A stretch of DNA of 64,000 bases from Octopus sinensis. Lineage: Eukaryota. This document shows positions 41,106-55,830 of the stretch, in pieces. The stretch is from the NCBI RefSeq assembly GCF_006345805.1, contig NC_043001.1, forward strand, positions 3,100,001-3,164,000. Reading direction: 5' to 3'. The translations under genes were made by a program, and so were the position numbers. Under the pieces are notes generated by a model. The model was not told where the DNA came from and ran no database searches. It saw only the letters and a list, made by a program, of their open reading frames with translations. Position 1 is the stretch's first letter, and each line of letters begins with the position of its first letter.

Positions 41106-42100
41106 AAAGATATCCTATGTAGCTATGGAGACAAATAGATGGAGGTTAGCTTAACTGACCGAAACTTCGAAGTCACAGTCAGTGCTAGTTTCGTTAAAGA
41201 ATAAATTTGTATTCGACTAAAAGTACTGAGCAATCCTATTGTTAAAAGGAAAAAAATGTTTTACGACATAAAACCAAACATTAATACACACACACACACA
41301 CACACACACACTCATACACGCGCACGCACCCACACAAACACACACACCCACATATACACATATCCAAATTTCTCACACAGAGGCTATTTTGATTTGGTAG
41401 ATTCAGATACTTATGTAGGTGCTAGCAGACATCGACATACTGTTGATCTGTAACACTGAAGAAGACAGAATGTGTCCATAAAAGACGGACCGAGTGTTAG
41501 TATCCTGTCTCAGCAGAGTAACTTGCTGAAAGTACTTTGGTCTGGGAATTGAACCTATGAGCTTATGTTCTTGAATCCAACGTCTCAACCGCAGGACTAT
41601 GTGCCTTCACACAGACACTTGAGCAGACATAAACACACACACAAACACGCATACGTTTATATAGGCATATATGCCTATATGTATATATATAAATATATTT
41701 ATATCTGTATGTATACGTATGCGTGCATACATACATAAATACCTACAAGTATATATATATACATGTTTGTGTATGCATGTATGTATAAAATGATCATTCA
41801 AATTAAGAGCATCACAAAAGAGAAGAATGTTTGCAAAGACAAACACTGAATAAAGATGTTTGCATTAAAACATCAAAGAAAACTTTAGTTTGAAGAAAGT
41901 CTTTTACTGTTCACATGAAAAATTATGAACGAATCTATGAATATTTGATGCTCCATTGTCGGTATATGTGACATTTGTATTAAAATGCAATGAAGAACAG
42001 AGAGAAAGAGAGAGAGAGAGAGAAAGAAAGGCAGAAGAGAATGGGAGGAATGCAGATATGTTGCTTATTTTTTACTATTTTGGTCAATCAGGTGTTAGGG

Positions 42101-42151
<51 letters not shown>

Positions 42152-42177
42152 CTATATACATACATATATGCATACAT

Positions 42178-42227
<50 letters not shown>

Positions 42228-43914
42228 TATATATATATACACACACATATATATATATATTATATATATATATATTATATATATATACACACACACACAC
42301 ATAGGTTTGATGTTACAAAGAGAATAGTTAAGTGCCATGACACAAAGCTCTTGGCCCTTGACTCACTTTGTAACTTTTGCCGATTATTAATAAAAATTGT
42401 TATATATATATATATATCTATATACATATGCCAATATACATATAGATAGGTATAGATATTTAAGAGACACTAGTAATTATTATTATCATCATCGTTATTA
42501 TTATTTAATGTTGGGAACGAACATGTTTCTCACATTCATTTATTCGACTGCCACTCTGTTATTCATCTGTTTAACTGTCAGTTGTTTATCTATTGTTATA
42601 CGGGGCTTCTTTACTTTGTCTGAATATTCAGCAATATGTAATTGTTGTAAAAACCTCCAGCTCTCGGTGAAATATATGTATACACTCTATTTTACATATT
42701 TAGTACATGCTTCGTCATTGGGTTACTAAACAGAAAATAGACCTGCTAGAGATTTATTTACAAGCAACACATAATCTACAGAATTCGGCATAAAAATTAA
42801 TGGTACCTGTAATACGCATTACACAATCTAATACTAAAATAAACAGATTCATGACGTGTTGTTACAAACGAATTAAAATTCTAAAGTCTAGTTTTATTTT
42901 CTACACAAATTTCATTGCTTCTATTTTATTATAAAGAGACATGACACATGCTAATATTAGTTCATCCTGAAGATGAGGCTGTGACGATCCAGAAATGTTT
43001 GCATTAGCGAACTTTGCAATCTCTAACAAAATTCAAGAAGCTTGTACAAAAATATGAAAAACTTCGATGAGAAAGGATAAAACTTGAACACAGAAGTGTC
43101 TCCAGTACACACATGTAGAAATGAATTTAAACACACACACACACACATTGCTGGTGCAGTCACTTTATTTCTGTCTTGTGGACGACTGTTCAAACACTCT
43201 TGTGCTCATAATAAAATCCACCCCGCACACTGTGTAAAATGGCGGCTGATATAGACGTTATCCAGCCGCAGGAAAATTGCTAAAGGACACTGACAAACAC
43301 CAGTCCATAGCAGCTGTGGCACACAATAAGAAAGGACTCAGATTGCGATGATCCTCCTAACCCATGCCAGTAGAGGCAGCAGATGTAAAATGATGATGAT
43401 GATGATGATATCTACACATGCAAATCGATGCTTTTGTGTCTGTTGTGTCTAACAAATATAACCAACGTTTGCTCTTTGTTTCCCTTTCCTTTTACGATGT
43501 AGCCTAAGCGTTGTCTTGAGCTCAGCCAAGGACTAATACCTACACGAAAATGGTAAAACCATGACGACATCTTAGACGCAGGTACACAGATAGCATTTCA
43601 ATAGAAGAGGTGCCTTCATGAGACACTGAAAGGCTGTAACTGCCCTTCTCTACACAATGTCTTCTGTGCATACTCACAAGGGAGGAAACTCTAGAAGTGA
43701 AGGTATTTCCTTTTTGCTGATATGAATGATACTCTGACCACAACAACAAAATTCATATCTTATATCCTCATCATTTAATGTCAGTGTTCCATGCTGGCAT
43801 GGGTTGGATAGCAGGACATGATGCTACAGCTCTAAGGACATCTTGCTTTGTCAGTACTATCTACTAACTGTTAGCCACAGACTAATAAAAGTATGTTGCT
43901 ACTGATAGAGGGAC

Positions 43915-44640
43915 ATTCCGACGAGGGTCCCAGCTGATCCGATCAACAGAACAGCTTGCTCGTGAAATTAACGTGCAAGTGGCTGAGCACTCCGCGGACA
44001 TGTGTACCTTTAACGTAGATCTCAGGGAGATTCAGGCTGACACAGAATGGGACACGGAGTGTGACAAGGCTGGTCCTTTGAAGTACAGACACTACTCATT
44101 TTTGCCAGCTGAGTGCACGGGAGCAATGTGAAATAAATGATCTTGTTCAAGAACACAACGCGTCGCCGGGAATCGAACTCACGACCTTAGGATCGTGAGC
44201 CGAATGCCCTAATCACTAAACATCTATAATACCACAGTTAATTGTCATACCATCTAGCAGCTGTCATACCTCAGTTAATCAGACTTTCTAGGGTGTATTT
44301 TCAAAACAGAAAAGGAAACTGGTCCTCCGTCGGTTACAGCGATGAGTGCTCCAGTTGATCCTATCAATGGAACAGTCTGCTCGTGAAATTAACATGCAAG
44401 TGGCTCCGCACTCCACAGTCATGCAAAACCTTAACGTAGTTCTCAAGAAGATCCAGGGTGACACAGAATGGGACAAGTCTGGACCTTTGAAGTACAGGTA
44501 CTTCTGATTTTTTCCAGCGGATTGAACTCGAGCAATGTGAAAGAAATACCTTGCTCAAGAGCACAATTCGCGATCAGGAATCGAACACATGACCTTATGA
44601 TCCAAAGCTGAATACCTAAACCACTGAGCCACGTGCCTTC
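43915..44640 (-). mobile_element. Two adjacent family C-like SINE copies (~43915-44220, ~44325-44640)
   Basis: Each has CTCGTGAAATTAAC.TGCAAGTGGCT and a reverse-complement tRNA head (GGAATCGAAC..ACC..A.GATC). Confidence 0.75.
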
Positions 44641-44999
44641 AGTTGTACGGATGGCTATTCTAATCTAATACTGCTTTTGTTGCTAATAAGATGTTTCTAT
44701 CCAGCTAGATGACTAATTACAATACCAGATACTTCCTATATTAGTAGCAACAGATTTTCTGTTTGTGTGCAGCTGGCAGAGAGTACATGCTATTGACAAA
44801 GCCCAATCACGCAGAAATACACTTCTAGCATTCTCATTGTAGCTGCTGGATGATATTTGTCTGCTACTGATATATATTGTTGTCCTTTTAAACACAGCAT
44901 GTCCATAGGAGATGTTATCTTTGGACAGTGATGCTGACGAAATTAATATATCTTCACACTCACAGACAAACATATCAACACATACCCAAACACCTCTAT

Positions 45000-45195
45000 A
45001 TTCACTGTGACCGCGTGTGTACCGTTTGGCGATCTTTTTTCCTCCGTCTTCCCTACTTTGGATCTTTCGTTTTCCTATGTTTCCGAAACGTTAAACCCTC
45101 CGTCTTTCCTTCTTCCCTGAGCGTCCAATAATACTATATTTGTTCCACGCCCTCGCGTTGTTGTGTTTTCTCTTTGTGTTTTCATGTTTGGATTA

Positions 45196-45200
<5 letters not shown>
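45000..45200 (+). mobile_element. Penelope-like terminal fragment, probably with most of its hammerhead deleted
   Basis: CCGAAACGTTAAACC followed by CCTGAGCG..TAATA..ATTTGTT..CCAC, similar to the tail behind the 55486 HHR; ends in (TA)n. Confidence 0.4.
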
Positions 45201-45240
<40 letters not shown>

Positions 45241-45427
45241 AAATTGTGTAATCCTACACGAGGGCCTGGTGTCCTGTCCGAGAGGGAAAGTTGTGCAATA
45301 CGGAAAACAGGAAACCATCAATATGAGTCGATGTACCTCTTGGAGGATCTTTATACGTTAACCCATGCGAGCATGGAAAACCGATGTTAAATAATGATGA
45401 CGACGGCGATGACGATTATGCTGATAT

Positions 45428-45490
<63 letters not shown>

Positions 45491-45709
45491 TATAATATAT
45501 ATATATATATACATATATATATCATCGTTTATATTGTTTCCTTGTATTAGGTCGTAAGTAGTGAATAGAATGTGTGGCAGGAGAAAGGACATCCGACCTC
45601 TAAAACACTACTTCAAAATGTTTCATTCAACCTACGGCAGCATGGAGAACATGGAAAAAACAGACACGAAAAGTGATAATGATGATGATGATGAGAAATA
45701 CGCACAAAT

Positions 45710-45750
<41 letters not shown>

Positions 45751-45961
45751 CACATATTTACCAAATTGTATTAGCGGCTTTGCTATTTTTCAACCAACTT
45801 TACACACGATTGCTGCTGTATACCTATCAAACAATTGATGTTTCCCTAATGTTTCTGATAGTCTGCTATATATGTATATATGCACACACTAACACACACA
45901 CACACACACAAACACAAATGTAATACAATATAATACTCACATATTTATATGTATGTATATG

Positions 45962-46019
<58 letters not shown>

Positions 46020-46027
<8 letters not shown>

Positions 46028-46914
46028 CGCACACACACACACACAGACATATATATATATAAGAAATTTATTTTAGAAAATAGTATATATATTCACATAT
46101 ATAAGTTCATACCTATATATATATATATACATGCACACATATAACAGATATATATATGTATGCATATCTATCTATATATTTATGTTATGTATACATGTAT
46201 ATATGTGTGTGCATATTTGTGTGGTTTGTATATATATATATATATATATATATAATTATATATATATATATATACATACGTATATAAATACATAAATGCA
46301 TGCATACTTACATATAAACACACACAATCTCACCCCCAACACACGCACACACACTCCTCTCGCACTTCCTTTGTGTTATTTACAGACCAGCGACAATACC
46401 AACCAACGCATAACAGTTCATGCTGAAATATACAATCGAGCCATTCCGAACTTCTCTATTGCTATGCACAAATATTTTACTTGTGTCAGTCCAACAGCTC
46501 TTGCCCTCAAAACACTTATTTTTCTCCAAAATTTTTTTATCTCTGCTATTTTCTTATATAATTTTTGTTGCTCAACATAACAGGATTCCACTCTTGAGCG
46601 GACCTAACTTAGATATACATAGCAGAAATATCCACAATTGCTTATAGTTAGATCAGCAATGTCTGTATGCTTTATTTATAGCAACAGTTACCTTTTTTTT
46701 TAACCTTTATTTATTTATTTTTTTGTCGAATTCGTTGGCCGTTTTACTTTTGAAGATTCTAGTATCTAATAAAAGAACGAAAGCAAAAACAAAAATGAAA
46801 AGTAAAACAACAAATAAAAAGGAAATGAAGACCTCTGAAAGACTCTGCTATTATTTCCAATGTATACACACTTTTACTTCTATTTTCCTTATATATTTTT
46901 AACATTATGTGTGT

Positions 46915-46960
<46 letters not shown>

Positions 46961-47227
46961 AATATATATATACATATATATATATATAATATATATATAT
47001 ATATAATATATATATATATATATACCTATATATATATAATATATATACACACACATATATATATATATATACACATATATACATATATGTATATATATAG
47101 ATGTATGTATATATATATGTATATATATATACATACATACATATACGTGTGTGTATACATACTTATGTACGTAGACTGCTATAATCTACGTACATAGCTT
47201 TCTGTATATATATATATATATTATATA

Positions 47228-47276
<49 letters not shown>

Positions 47277-47357
47277 TACGTATACATATACATATATATA
47301 GGTACATATATATATACATACACACACACACATATATATACACACACATATATATAT

Positions 47358-47394
<37 letters not shown>

Positions 47395-48265
47395 CGCACA
47401 CACACACACACAGACATATATATATATAAGAAATTTATTTTAGAAAATAGTATATATATTCACATATATAAGTTCATACCTATATATATATATACATGCA
47501 CACATATAACAGATATATATATGTATGCATATCTATCTATATATTATGTTATGTATACATGTATATATGTGTGTGCATATTTGTGTGGTTTGTATATATA
47601 TATATATCTATATATATATATTATATATATATATATATACATACGTATATAATACATAAATGCATGCATACTTACATATAAACACACACAATCTCACCCC
47701 CAACACACGCACACACACTCCTCTCGCACTTCCTTTGTGTTATTTACAGACCAGCGACAATACCAACCAACGCATAACAGTTCATGCTGAAATATACAAT
47801 CGAGCCATTCCGAACTTCTCTATTGCTATGCACAAATATTTTACTTGTGTCAGTCCAACAGCTCTTGCCCTCAAAACACTTATTTTTCTCCAAAATTTTT
47901 TTATCTGCTATTTTCTTATATAATTTTTGTTGCTCAACATAACAGGATTCCACTCTTGAGCGGACCTAACTTAGATATACATAGCAGAAATATCCACAAT
48001 TGCTTATAGTTAGATCAGCAATGTCTGTATGCTTTATTTATAGCAACAGTTACCTTTTTTTTTAACCTTTATTTATTTATTTTTTTGTCGAATTCGTTGG
48101 CCGTTTTACTTTTGAAGATTCTAGTATCTAATAAAAGAACGAAAGCAAAAACAAAAATGAAAAGTAAAACAACAAATAAAAAGGAAATGAAGACCTCTGA
48201 AGACTCTGCTATTATTTCCAATGTATACACACTTTTACTTCTATTTTCTTATATATTTTTAACAT

Positions 48266-48306
<41 letters not shown>

Positions 48307-48325
48307 TAATGTATATATATATATA

Positions 48326-48388
<63 letters not shown>

Positions 48389-48592
48389 ATATATATATAT
48401 ATACTATATATACACCACACATATATATATATACACATATATACATATATGTATATATATATAGATGTATGTATATATATATGTATATATATTATATATA
48501 TATACACATACATACATATACGTGTGTGTATACATACTTATGTACGTAGACTGCTATATATATACGTACATAGCTTTCTGTATATATATATC

Positions 48593-48651
<59 letters not shown>

Positions 48652-48745
48652 TACGTATACATATACATATATATAGGTACATATATATATACATACACAC
48701 ACACACACATATATATACACACACATATATATATACACACACCAC
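46020..48745. repeat. Tandem duplication, two ~1.37-kb copies
   Basis: AAGAAATTTATTTTAGAAAATAG at 46061 and 47428; ~600 bp of unique sequence near-identical; differences are small indels, microsatellite lengths and a few substitutions. Confidence 0.9.
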
Positions 48746-49392
48746 ACATATATATATACACATCTACACACATTCATACATACACGCACACACACATGTT
48801 GCAGCGACAAAAATCGAAGTCTTTTTCATCTTACCTTGAAAATAAACTAGAAAGAAGAAAAGTAAGGAACATAGGAACGTACGAGAGAAAAAAATATAGA
48901 AATAATATATTACAAAACAAACACAACAAAAACAAAAATATCAAACAAAACAAACCAAAAAAAAAATACGAAAAAAAAGGAGAAAAAAAAACAAGCAGAA
49001 AAAATAATGAATATTTCAAGGAAATGGAGGGAAAACGAAAACTTGATACGTGAAAAATATTGATCAGTAAAAGAAGTGTTTGATAGGAGTTGACTTTTGG
49101 AATAGTGATTGAGAACAGTGTTGCTGCCATATCAGGGCTGAAATCTAATATGAATGGTTGGTGGAGCTGCTTATATAAACCATCTGATCTGGAGAATGAC
49201 AGTAATGTCGCTTTGGGCTTCGACATTGTTTCCAGCAAGGATGCCATTCACCAAACGCAAATCTGATTCTTGTTGAAATTCACTGACCAAAATGAAGGAA
49301 TGAAAGAATGAACGAACCAATGCTAAATGTTTGTGTGTTTATGTGCGAGTATGCGGAGATGGGTGGTGTTTGTTGATGTATCTGAGTGTGAG

Positions 49393-49436
<44 letters not shown>

Positions 49437-49539
49437 TTCGTGTGTGTGTGCGTGTGCGCACGTGTGTGTTGATGTGTGTACATTTTTAAAGATTGAGAAG
49501 ATGAAACAGTTCAAGTATTCTACCATAAATTTTCAGTGT

Positions 49540-49688
49540 GTGGGAGTAGTGATGAGGATGACGATGACGGCGACGATAATGATGATGATGAGGAGGAGGA
49601 TGAAGAAGAGGAGGAGGTGAAAGAGAAGTTTTGCTACTTGAAATGGTGACATGAATAATCTAACAACAACAATAATAATGATGATGAT

Positions 49689-49747
<59 letters not shown>

Positions 49748-49755
49748 TAATAACA

Positions 49756-49800
<45 letters not shown>

Positions 49801-50010
49801 GTCACTCATGTTGATTTCAACGTGTGATTGTCTAAAGAAAAGGATTAAAAGAAAAGGGATTACAATAATGATAATAATAACAGTAACAATTAGAACAAGA
49901 ACAACAAAATACAACAACAATAATGACAATAATAATTATCGTAACAATAATGATATTGATAACAAAAATAATAATAAGAATATTAGAAATAATATAATGA
50001 CAACATCGAA
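49540..50010. repeat. Compound (GAT)n/(AAT)n/(AAC)n trinucleotide tract
   Basis: Visible. Confidence 0.9.
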
Positions 50011-50139
50011 ATGAATGAAATGTCGGATAGAGTATGGAATGATTAAATGAAGGAATAATTCGAATGAATTGAAACATAGAAGTTTACTGGTTTGATCAGA
50101 TTAGGACAGTTTCTTTCTGTTTCTCGTCTAAGAGTGCAG

Positions 50140-50545
50140 TCGATTGTACAGGTGAGCATGTCCTTTAGTGGCTGACGATATGTGCATCTCTGATCACGAG
50201 CAGAAGTAGTGGAGGAGCATCATAGCCATGTGTTGAGAGGGATTCTTTGGGGTTTGAATAATTCACCTATGGAAACATGGGTGGTTCTTTCAACATCCTT
50301 AAACAACCCTTATTCAGGGACCTTTTGAGCGGGATGGGCTACTCAACCTGAATAAAATTCTAAATGGGACCCACCCGCAAGGTCATGTGCTGTTTATCTT
50401 GATATGAGATCACCATGTCGCGCACTTATGGTTGTGCTGCATGTGCCTGGTGTACCCTTATCAGACGAGTAGTCATGATGGGTATATTGGGCTTCGTATA
50501 TTTTACCCCAGTGTCACTTTGATGGCATGCACTGCTCTCTCACTC

Positions 50546-50580
<35 letters not shown>

Positions 50581-50645
50581 CAACAACAACAATAATAATA
50601 ATAATAATAATAATAACAACAACAACAACAGTAATAATAATAATC
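50140..50645 (+). mobile_element. Non-LTR retroelement 3' end with (AAT/AAC)n tail
   Basis: GC-balanced segment ending GCACTGCTCTCTCACTC then a long (AAT)n tail; recalled as an abundant octopus repeat, not verified. Confidence 0.5.
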
Positions 50646-50679
50646 TTTTCTGAAGCAATAGGGCTCAAATTTGGGAGAA

Positions 50680-51010
50680 GGGATTAACTAGTACTTATTT
50701 CATCGACCCCGAAAGGATGAAAGACAAAGTCGACCCCGGCGGGATTTGAATTCAGAACGTGAAGACAAACGAAATACCTATTTCTTTACTGCCCACAAGG
50801 GGATACACACAGAGGGGACAAACAATGACAGACAAACGGATTAAGTCGATTATATCGACCCCAGTGCGTAACTGGTACTTATTTAATCGACCCCGAAAGG
50901 ATGAAAAGCAAAGTCGATCTCTGCGGAATTTGATCTCAGAACGTAGCGGCAGACAAAATACCGCTAAGCATTTCGCCCGGCGTGCTAACGTTTCTGCCAG
51001 CTCGCTGCCT
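50680..51010 (-). mobile_element. Family A SINE (~50775-51010) abutting a partial second copy
   Basis: Reverse complement of family A; the ATCGACCCCGAAAGGATGAAAG segment occurs twice. Confidence 0.85.
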
Positions 51011-51743
51011 TTAATGATGATGATGATAATACTTGTCAGGTTTGCTAGTGTGAATTATGTTTGCGATGTTATCTTATTTTGAAAGTAAGCGCTGTGTAAT
51101 ACATCGACAAGAAAACTAAACACAAAATAGAAATATTTCAAAATGAAAATAAAGAGTGAATTTCCCGAAAATCAATCAAACTGCTTCGTGTATTTCTGAT
51201 AGTGAAAATTATTATTATTTTTTTTGTTTGTAAACATAAATATATACAACAGAATTTAGAATATAATTTTTTTAAAGAATATATAAATTATTTGCTTTTG
51301 AGAATGTATATATTTTGTACTACCCGGGAATATATGTCTTTGACGTGGGTGTGCGTGGGGGGCGGGGTTGCTTTTGTGTAGGTGAGAATTGATATGCACA
51401 AATGGGTGTATGTGTGGAAGCAAGGGAGGCTTTTGTATATGAAATTATGGAATGTGATTTGCTTTCAAGGCTAAAACAATACTTAACACACCTCATTGTG
51501 TATTAATACATATATTTGTCAAATGTATGTATGTATGTCCATATGTATGTATATATGTGCGTGTGTGTGTGTTTCAGAGGGTGTGTTTGTGTTGTGCACA
51601 TGTAATGCTTGCATGTATGTATGTATGTATGTATATATGTATTATAAAACGCACACGCACATTTATGTACATAGATATATCGATTAAGATATTTTAAACT
51701 GACGACTTAGCTAACGGATTGCAGCACTGTGTATCTGTACCTC

Positions 51744-51776
<33 letters not shown>

Positions 51777-52110
51777 CAGTATTCATGTATGCATGTATGC
51801 ATATATATATATATATATACATAAATTTATATACACATATAAGTATATATATATATATATCTTTATACATATATGTATGCATACAGATACATATGCATAC
51901 ACACCCACCCACACATAAATACATATATATACATATACAAACATATATATATGTATATATATATATAAATATATTAATTTCATATATATATACACACAAA
52001 TACACACACACACATATACACACACGCGCAAGCACATATATAAGTGCATGTGCGTATACATATATAAAATATTCATTGTATTATGTGCATATATATATAT
52101 ATATATATGT

Positions 52111-52141
<31 letters not shown>

Positions 52142-52702
52142 AGTGTATACCTATCCCTATTTGTCAGACGTTGAGGGAGAATCATTGAGGGGATTTAATA
52201 TGAATGATTTAATTATCATATATTGCTCCACCTTTTTCTTAATCCTTATCTCAACTGGAATACCTTGGTATTCTGGTAAGCACACACATATATGTATGTA
52301 TACATAGTGGGCCGCCTCAAGATCCATGGAATCCCGATGCACTTAAAAGATCTTGACACACCCATATATAAGTAATTCAAAATATAAGAATAATAAAAAA
52401 TAAAATATAATTTTATTTTTCACAATGAAGCAAAATTACGAGTAAGACGGAAAATAATGTTGATTTCTTGTAAATTTCCACTTTTTGAGAAGTTTTCGTT
52501 ATTTTAACTGCAAAGTCTTTTATAAGATTTATGATATCAGGAACTCTTCGAAATTATATTTCCCATCATATAAACTACTTCGAAGATTATTTTAACAAGT
52601 TTAAAAGGATTTCTTTTGTACATTATTTACATTATTCACATTTTAATAATTCTTTATTCTTCTCATTGTAAAGATCAGAAATATTTTTCTCGTCCCTGGT
52701 AT

Positions 52703-52774
52703 CTATGTGTAGCACCATTCCTTTCGTTTTTATTCGTTCTATTTTTATTTTTGTTTTTGAATCATCAGCAATTT
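52703..52774 (-). ncRNA. Array HHR copy 0 (core intact, A-rich insertion in stem II)
   Basis: AAUUG CUGAUGA UUCA [A-rich] GGAAU GGUGCU ACA CAUAG. Confidence 0.4.
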
Positions 52775-53430
52775 ATAAACCTCGGTAATTACACTACATT
52801 AACTTTAACATTTTATGAAATGCGATAGTTTACGGGACATAAAATGGAGGTGTTTTCCCCCTCCTTTTTCTTCATAGATCGTGCATAGTTCAACAGATGA
52901 AAAGGGAAGGAAAAAGGACCGAGAAAGGAGCATAGAATGAGGAAATCAGCAGATCGATTATACTGAAGGAATTTCTACTTTTTCAAAACCACATAGATGT
53001 AGGTAGTCGGCCGCATGCTAGAAATAGATGTAGTGACCCTAAAAGCCTTGGCTACGAATAAGATTCCCATATCGCTTATGGTGTCATCATTTCAGGCGCA
53101 GATGACATATTTCAGCTGCTACCACGTCATCGTTCATCCGTCATTGTTTATTGACAGAGTCAATTTCTACGAATACTCAGCGCTTTGGGGGCTCGCTGAA
53201 TGTTTGTGTGAATATAAATTAAAATTCACACTCAGAGTCGTTTGATCACGTGGAGTCCAGTAAGTCGTTAATTTTATGGAGATAATCGCTTCTAGAGAAA
53301 TCGTAAATCGAAGCTGAGCGAGAAGTTTGAATTTTAGAATTAAGACTTACAATGAAAATGCAGAGAATATATCAATTCAATGATTGTATTCTAATTAGAA
53401 ACATTGGAAGTATCTGTTAGACACCAGTAA

Positions 53431-53477
53431 CAATGTACAACACCGTTTCATCCTTACTTGGATTCATCAGAATGATG
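53431..53477 (-). ncRNA. Array HHR copy 1 (core and stem II intact, stem I eroded)
   Basis: CAUCAUU CUGAUGA AUCC-AAGUAA-GGAU GAAAC GGUGUU GUA CAUUG. Confidence 0.65.
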
Positions 53478-54076
53478 TATAATTAAGAATTATAGTAAAT
53501 CAACATTTACGAAGTGAGATAGTTTAGGCGTCTTTCAATGTATGTTTTATCGATCTCCTCTTTCTTCATCGATCGCTGATAGTTCACTAAGAGAGGGGGA
53601 GGGAGAGAATGAGAGAAAGAAGGAAGGGAGTAAATTTCTACATACAATTTGATTACTTCCAGGGTATCCTAAACTTGTTAAGATCTATAATAATCCTGAG
53701 GACAAAAAAATTATTCTCACATCGTTTTAGTGGCATCATTCCTGGCCTCGATGATATATTTCAGACTCTGGTCTGCAATTGTTTTGCTTTTATTTATGTC
53801 AGTAGAGACAATTTCTTTGGACACGTAACACCTTGGATATTTCCCTCAATTTTGTGGATATAAATTAGAATTCCGGCAGAGAACTTTGACCACGTGGGCC
53901 TATGACGTCAGTTATTGTAAGGGACGTAATAACTACTCGATAGATCCTAAATCATAGCAGGGGAGAAATCTCATTCTCTATATATAACATCAATAAAGAA
54001 AATGCACAAAATGTGACTTCTTCCTAATTCTGTAATTCTAATTACGAAGAACCTGAATAATTTATAATTATTGACA

Positions 54077-54123
54077 TCTATCTATGGCATCTTTTTACCC
54101 TTATTTGTAATCACCAGCATGAC
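54077..54123 (-). ncRNA. Array HHR copy 2 (degenerate)
   Basis: GUCAUG CUGGUGA UUAC-AAAUAA-GGGU AAAAA GAUGCC AUA GAUAG. Confidence 0.4.
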
Positions 54124-54152
54124 CTAAACATAGGCAGATATTTTGCACTAAA

Positions 54153-54386
54153 AGGCGGCGAGCTGGCAGAAGTGTTAGCACGTCGGGCGAAATGCCTAGC
54201 GGTATTTCGTCTGCCGCTACGTTCTGAGTTCAAAACCGCCGAGGTTGACTTTGCCTTTCATTCTTTCGGGGTCGATCGAATAAGTACCAGTTACGCACTG
54301 GGGTCGATATAATCGACTTAATCCGTTTGTCTGTCCTTGTTTGTCCCCTCTATGTGTAGCTCCTTGTAAGGCAGTAAAGAAATAAA
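54153..54386 (+). mobile_element. Family A SINE inserted in an array unit, 15-bp target duplication
   Basis: ATATTTTGCACTAAA 54138-54152 / ATATTTTACACTAAA 54387-54401. Confidence 0.9.
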
Positions 54387-54963
54387 ATATTTTACACTAA
54401 ATATTATCATTTACTGCAGCGAGATTGCCTACAAAGTATTCAACTAGTGAGTTGGTTTTTCTTTCTTATTTTCCTTCAAAGATCATTTATAGTTCAACAA
54501 GAGATAGAGAAGGGAAAAGAGAAGAGAGGAAAAGAAGAGATCTACTTTCAGTTCAATTACTTCCAGGGAATTTCTAAATGTTGTTTCTATAACAGTCTTG
54601 ATTACTAACAAATTTCACAAACCGCTTTTGGTCTGCCATCATTCCGGTCGTAGATAATATAATTTAGTTGCCGTTCGGTAGATGATTATGCCTCTTTATA
54701 TTGACAGAGACAATTTCTTCGGGAATATAAGCTACAGCCATTAGTTTGTGTAGATATAAATTAGAGACCATATCCAGAATTGTCTGAGGACATGGAGTCA
54801 TGGTGGCTAAATTTATAACGGAGATAAGTCCTAAATTAGAGTGTGAGAAGTTTCAGTTTTAGATATAACAATAACAACGAAGATGCCCGGAATACCTCTA
54901 TTTCATAATTATATACTTTTTCTTCTCATTACATATTTCCTAAATATTTTATAATCATTGTTA

Positions 54964-55010
54964 GTTATATGTAGCGCAATTTCATCCTTAACTGGAATTA
55001 TGAACTTGAC
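54964..55010 (-). ncRNA. Array HHR copy 3 (degenerate core)
   Basis: GUCAAG UUCAUAA UUCC-AGUUAA-GGAU GAAAU UGCGCU ACA UAUAAC. Confidence 0.4.
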
Positions 55011-55224
55011 CTAATCCAAATAACATATTTTTCAACAAAATCCAGCATTATACAAATCGAGAGATTTCGGATAATATTCTATGAATGCTTTTGTTCTTTT
55101 TTTTATTTTAACTCATAGAGCTTCATAGTTAAGTAAGTGAGAGGACAGAGGTGGACGTAGGGATAGAAGAGTTTTACAAATTATTAATTAATTTTAAGGA
55201 ATTCTAACTATTGAAATCTTCCCA

Positions 55225-55830
55225 GGCATAACTACGTTGTAAAGAGCTTACTTTCCAACCATATGGCTCCGGATTCAGTCACACTCCGTGGAAACTTCGG
55301 CTAGTATTTTCTGCTATAGCCTCAGACCGACCAAAGTCTTGTGAGTGGATTTAGTAGAGGGAAACTGAAAGCAGCCGGGCGTATATATATATAAAGGGAA
55401 ATTTTTACGAAAATAAACAAAAGACGAAGGCAGGTGGAGTACAAACAAACAAATGTATTAGTATAGCGCTCAGGAATAGAAAAAGTCTTTTACGTTTCGA
55501 GCCTACGCTCTTCGACAGAAAGATACACTGAAAAAAACAAGGAGAGAAAAATGCATGTAGGAGCTAACGATCTATCATGGCGTCATGCATGTATGTATGT
55601 GTGTGAGTATGTGTGTGTCATTGTATCCGAGTTTTCCTCCACTACCCCTTGACAACTAATGTCGGTGTTTACGTCCCCGTAATTTCAGCAGTTCGACAAA
55701 AGAGACCGATTGAATGAGTTCTAGGATTTAAAAACAAATGTACCGCAGTCGACCATTCGGCTAAAAATTCAAGTCGGTGCCCCAGCAAAGCCACAGTTTA
55801 ATGGCCGAAACAAATAAGAGATAAAAAATA
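55225..55830 (+). mobile_element. Family B SINE split at its central (TA)n by a Penelope-like fragment (~55393-55575)
   Basis: 5' arm 55225-55385, 3' arm ~55575-55830. Confidence 0.75.
55486..55523 (-). ncRNA. Minimal hammerhead motif with variant core CUGUCGA
   Basis: UCUUU CUGUCGA A GAGC-GUAG-GCUC GAAAC GUA AAAGA; stems I and II perfectly paired. Confidence 0.6.

Noticed and set aside
42965-43005. CUGAAGAUG..CAGAAAUGUU
   Set aside because: Stem II is only 2 bp and stem I does not pair.
48831-49290. Possible first coding exon MASLLETMSKPK..
   Set aside because: It has a good acceptor, but the ORF runs into low-complexity T-rich sequence and cannot be linked to other exons with confidence.
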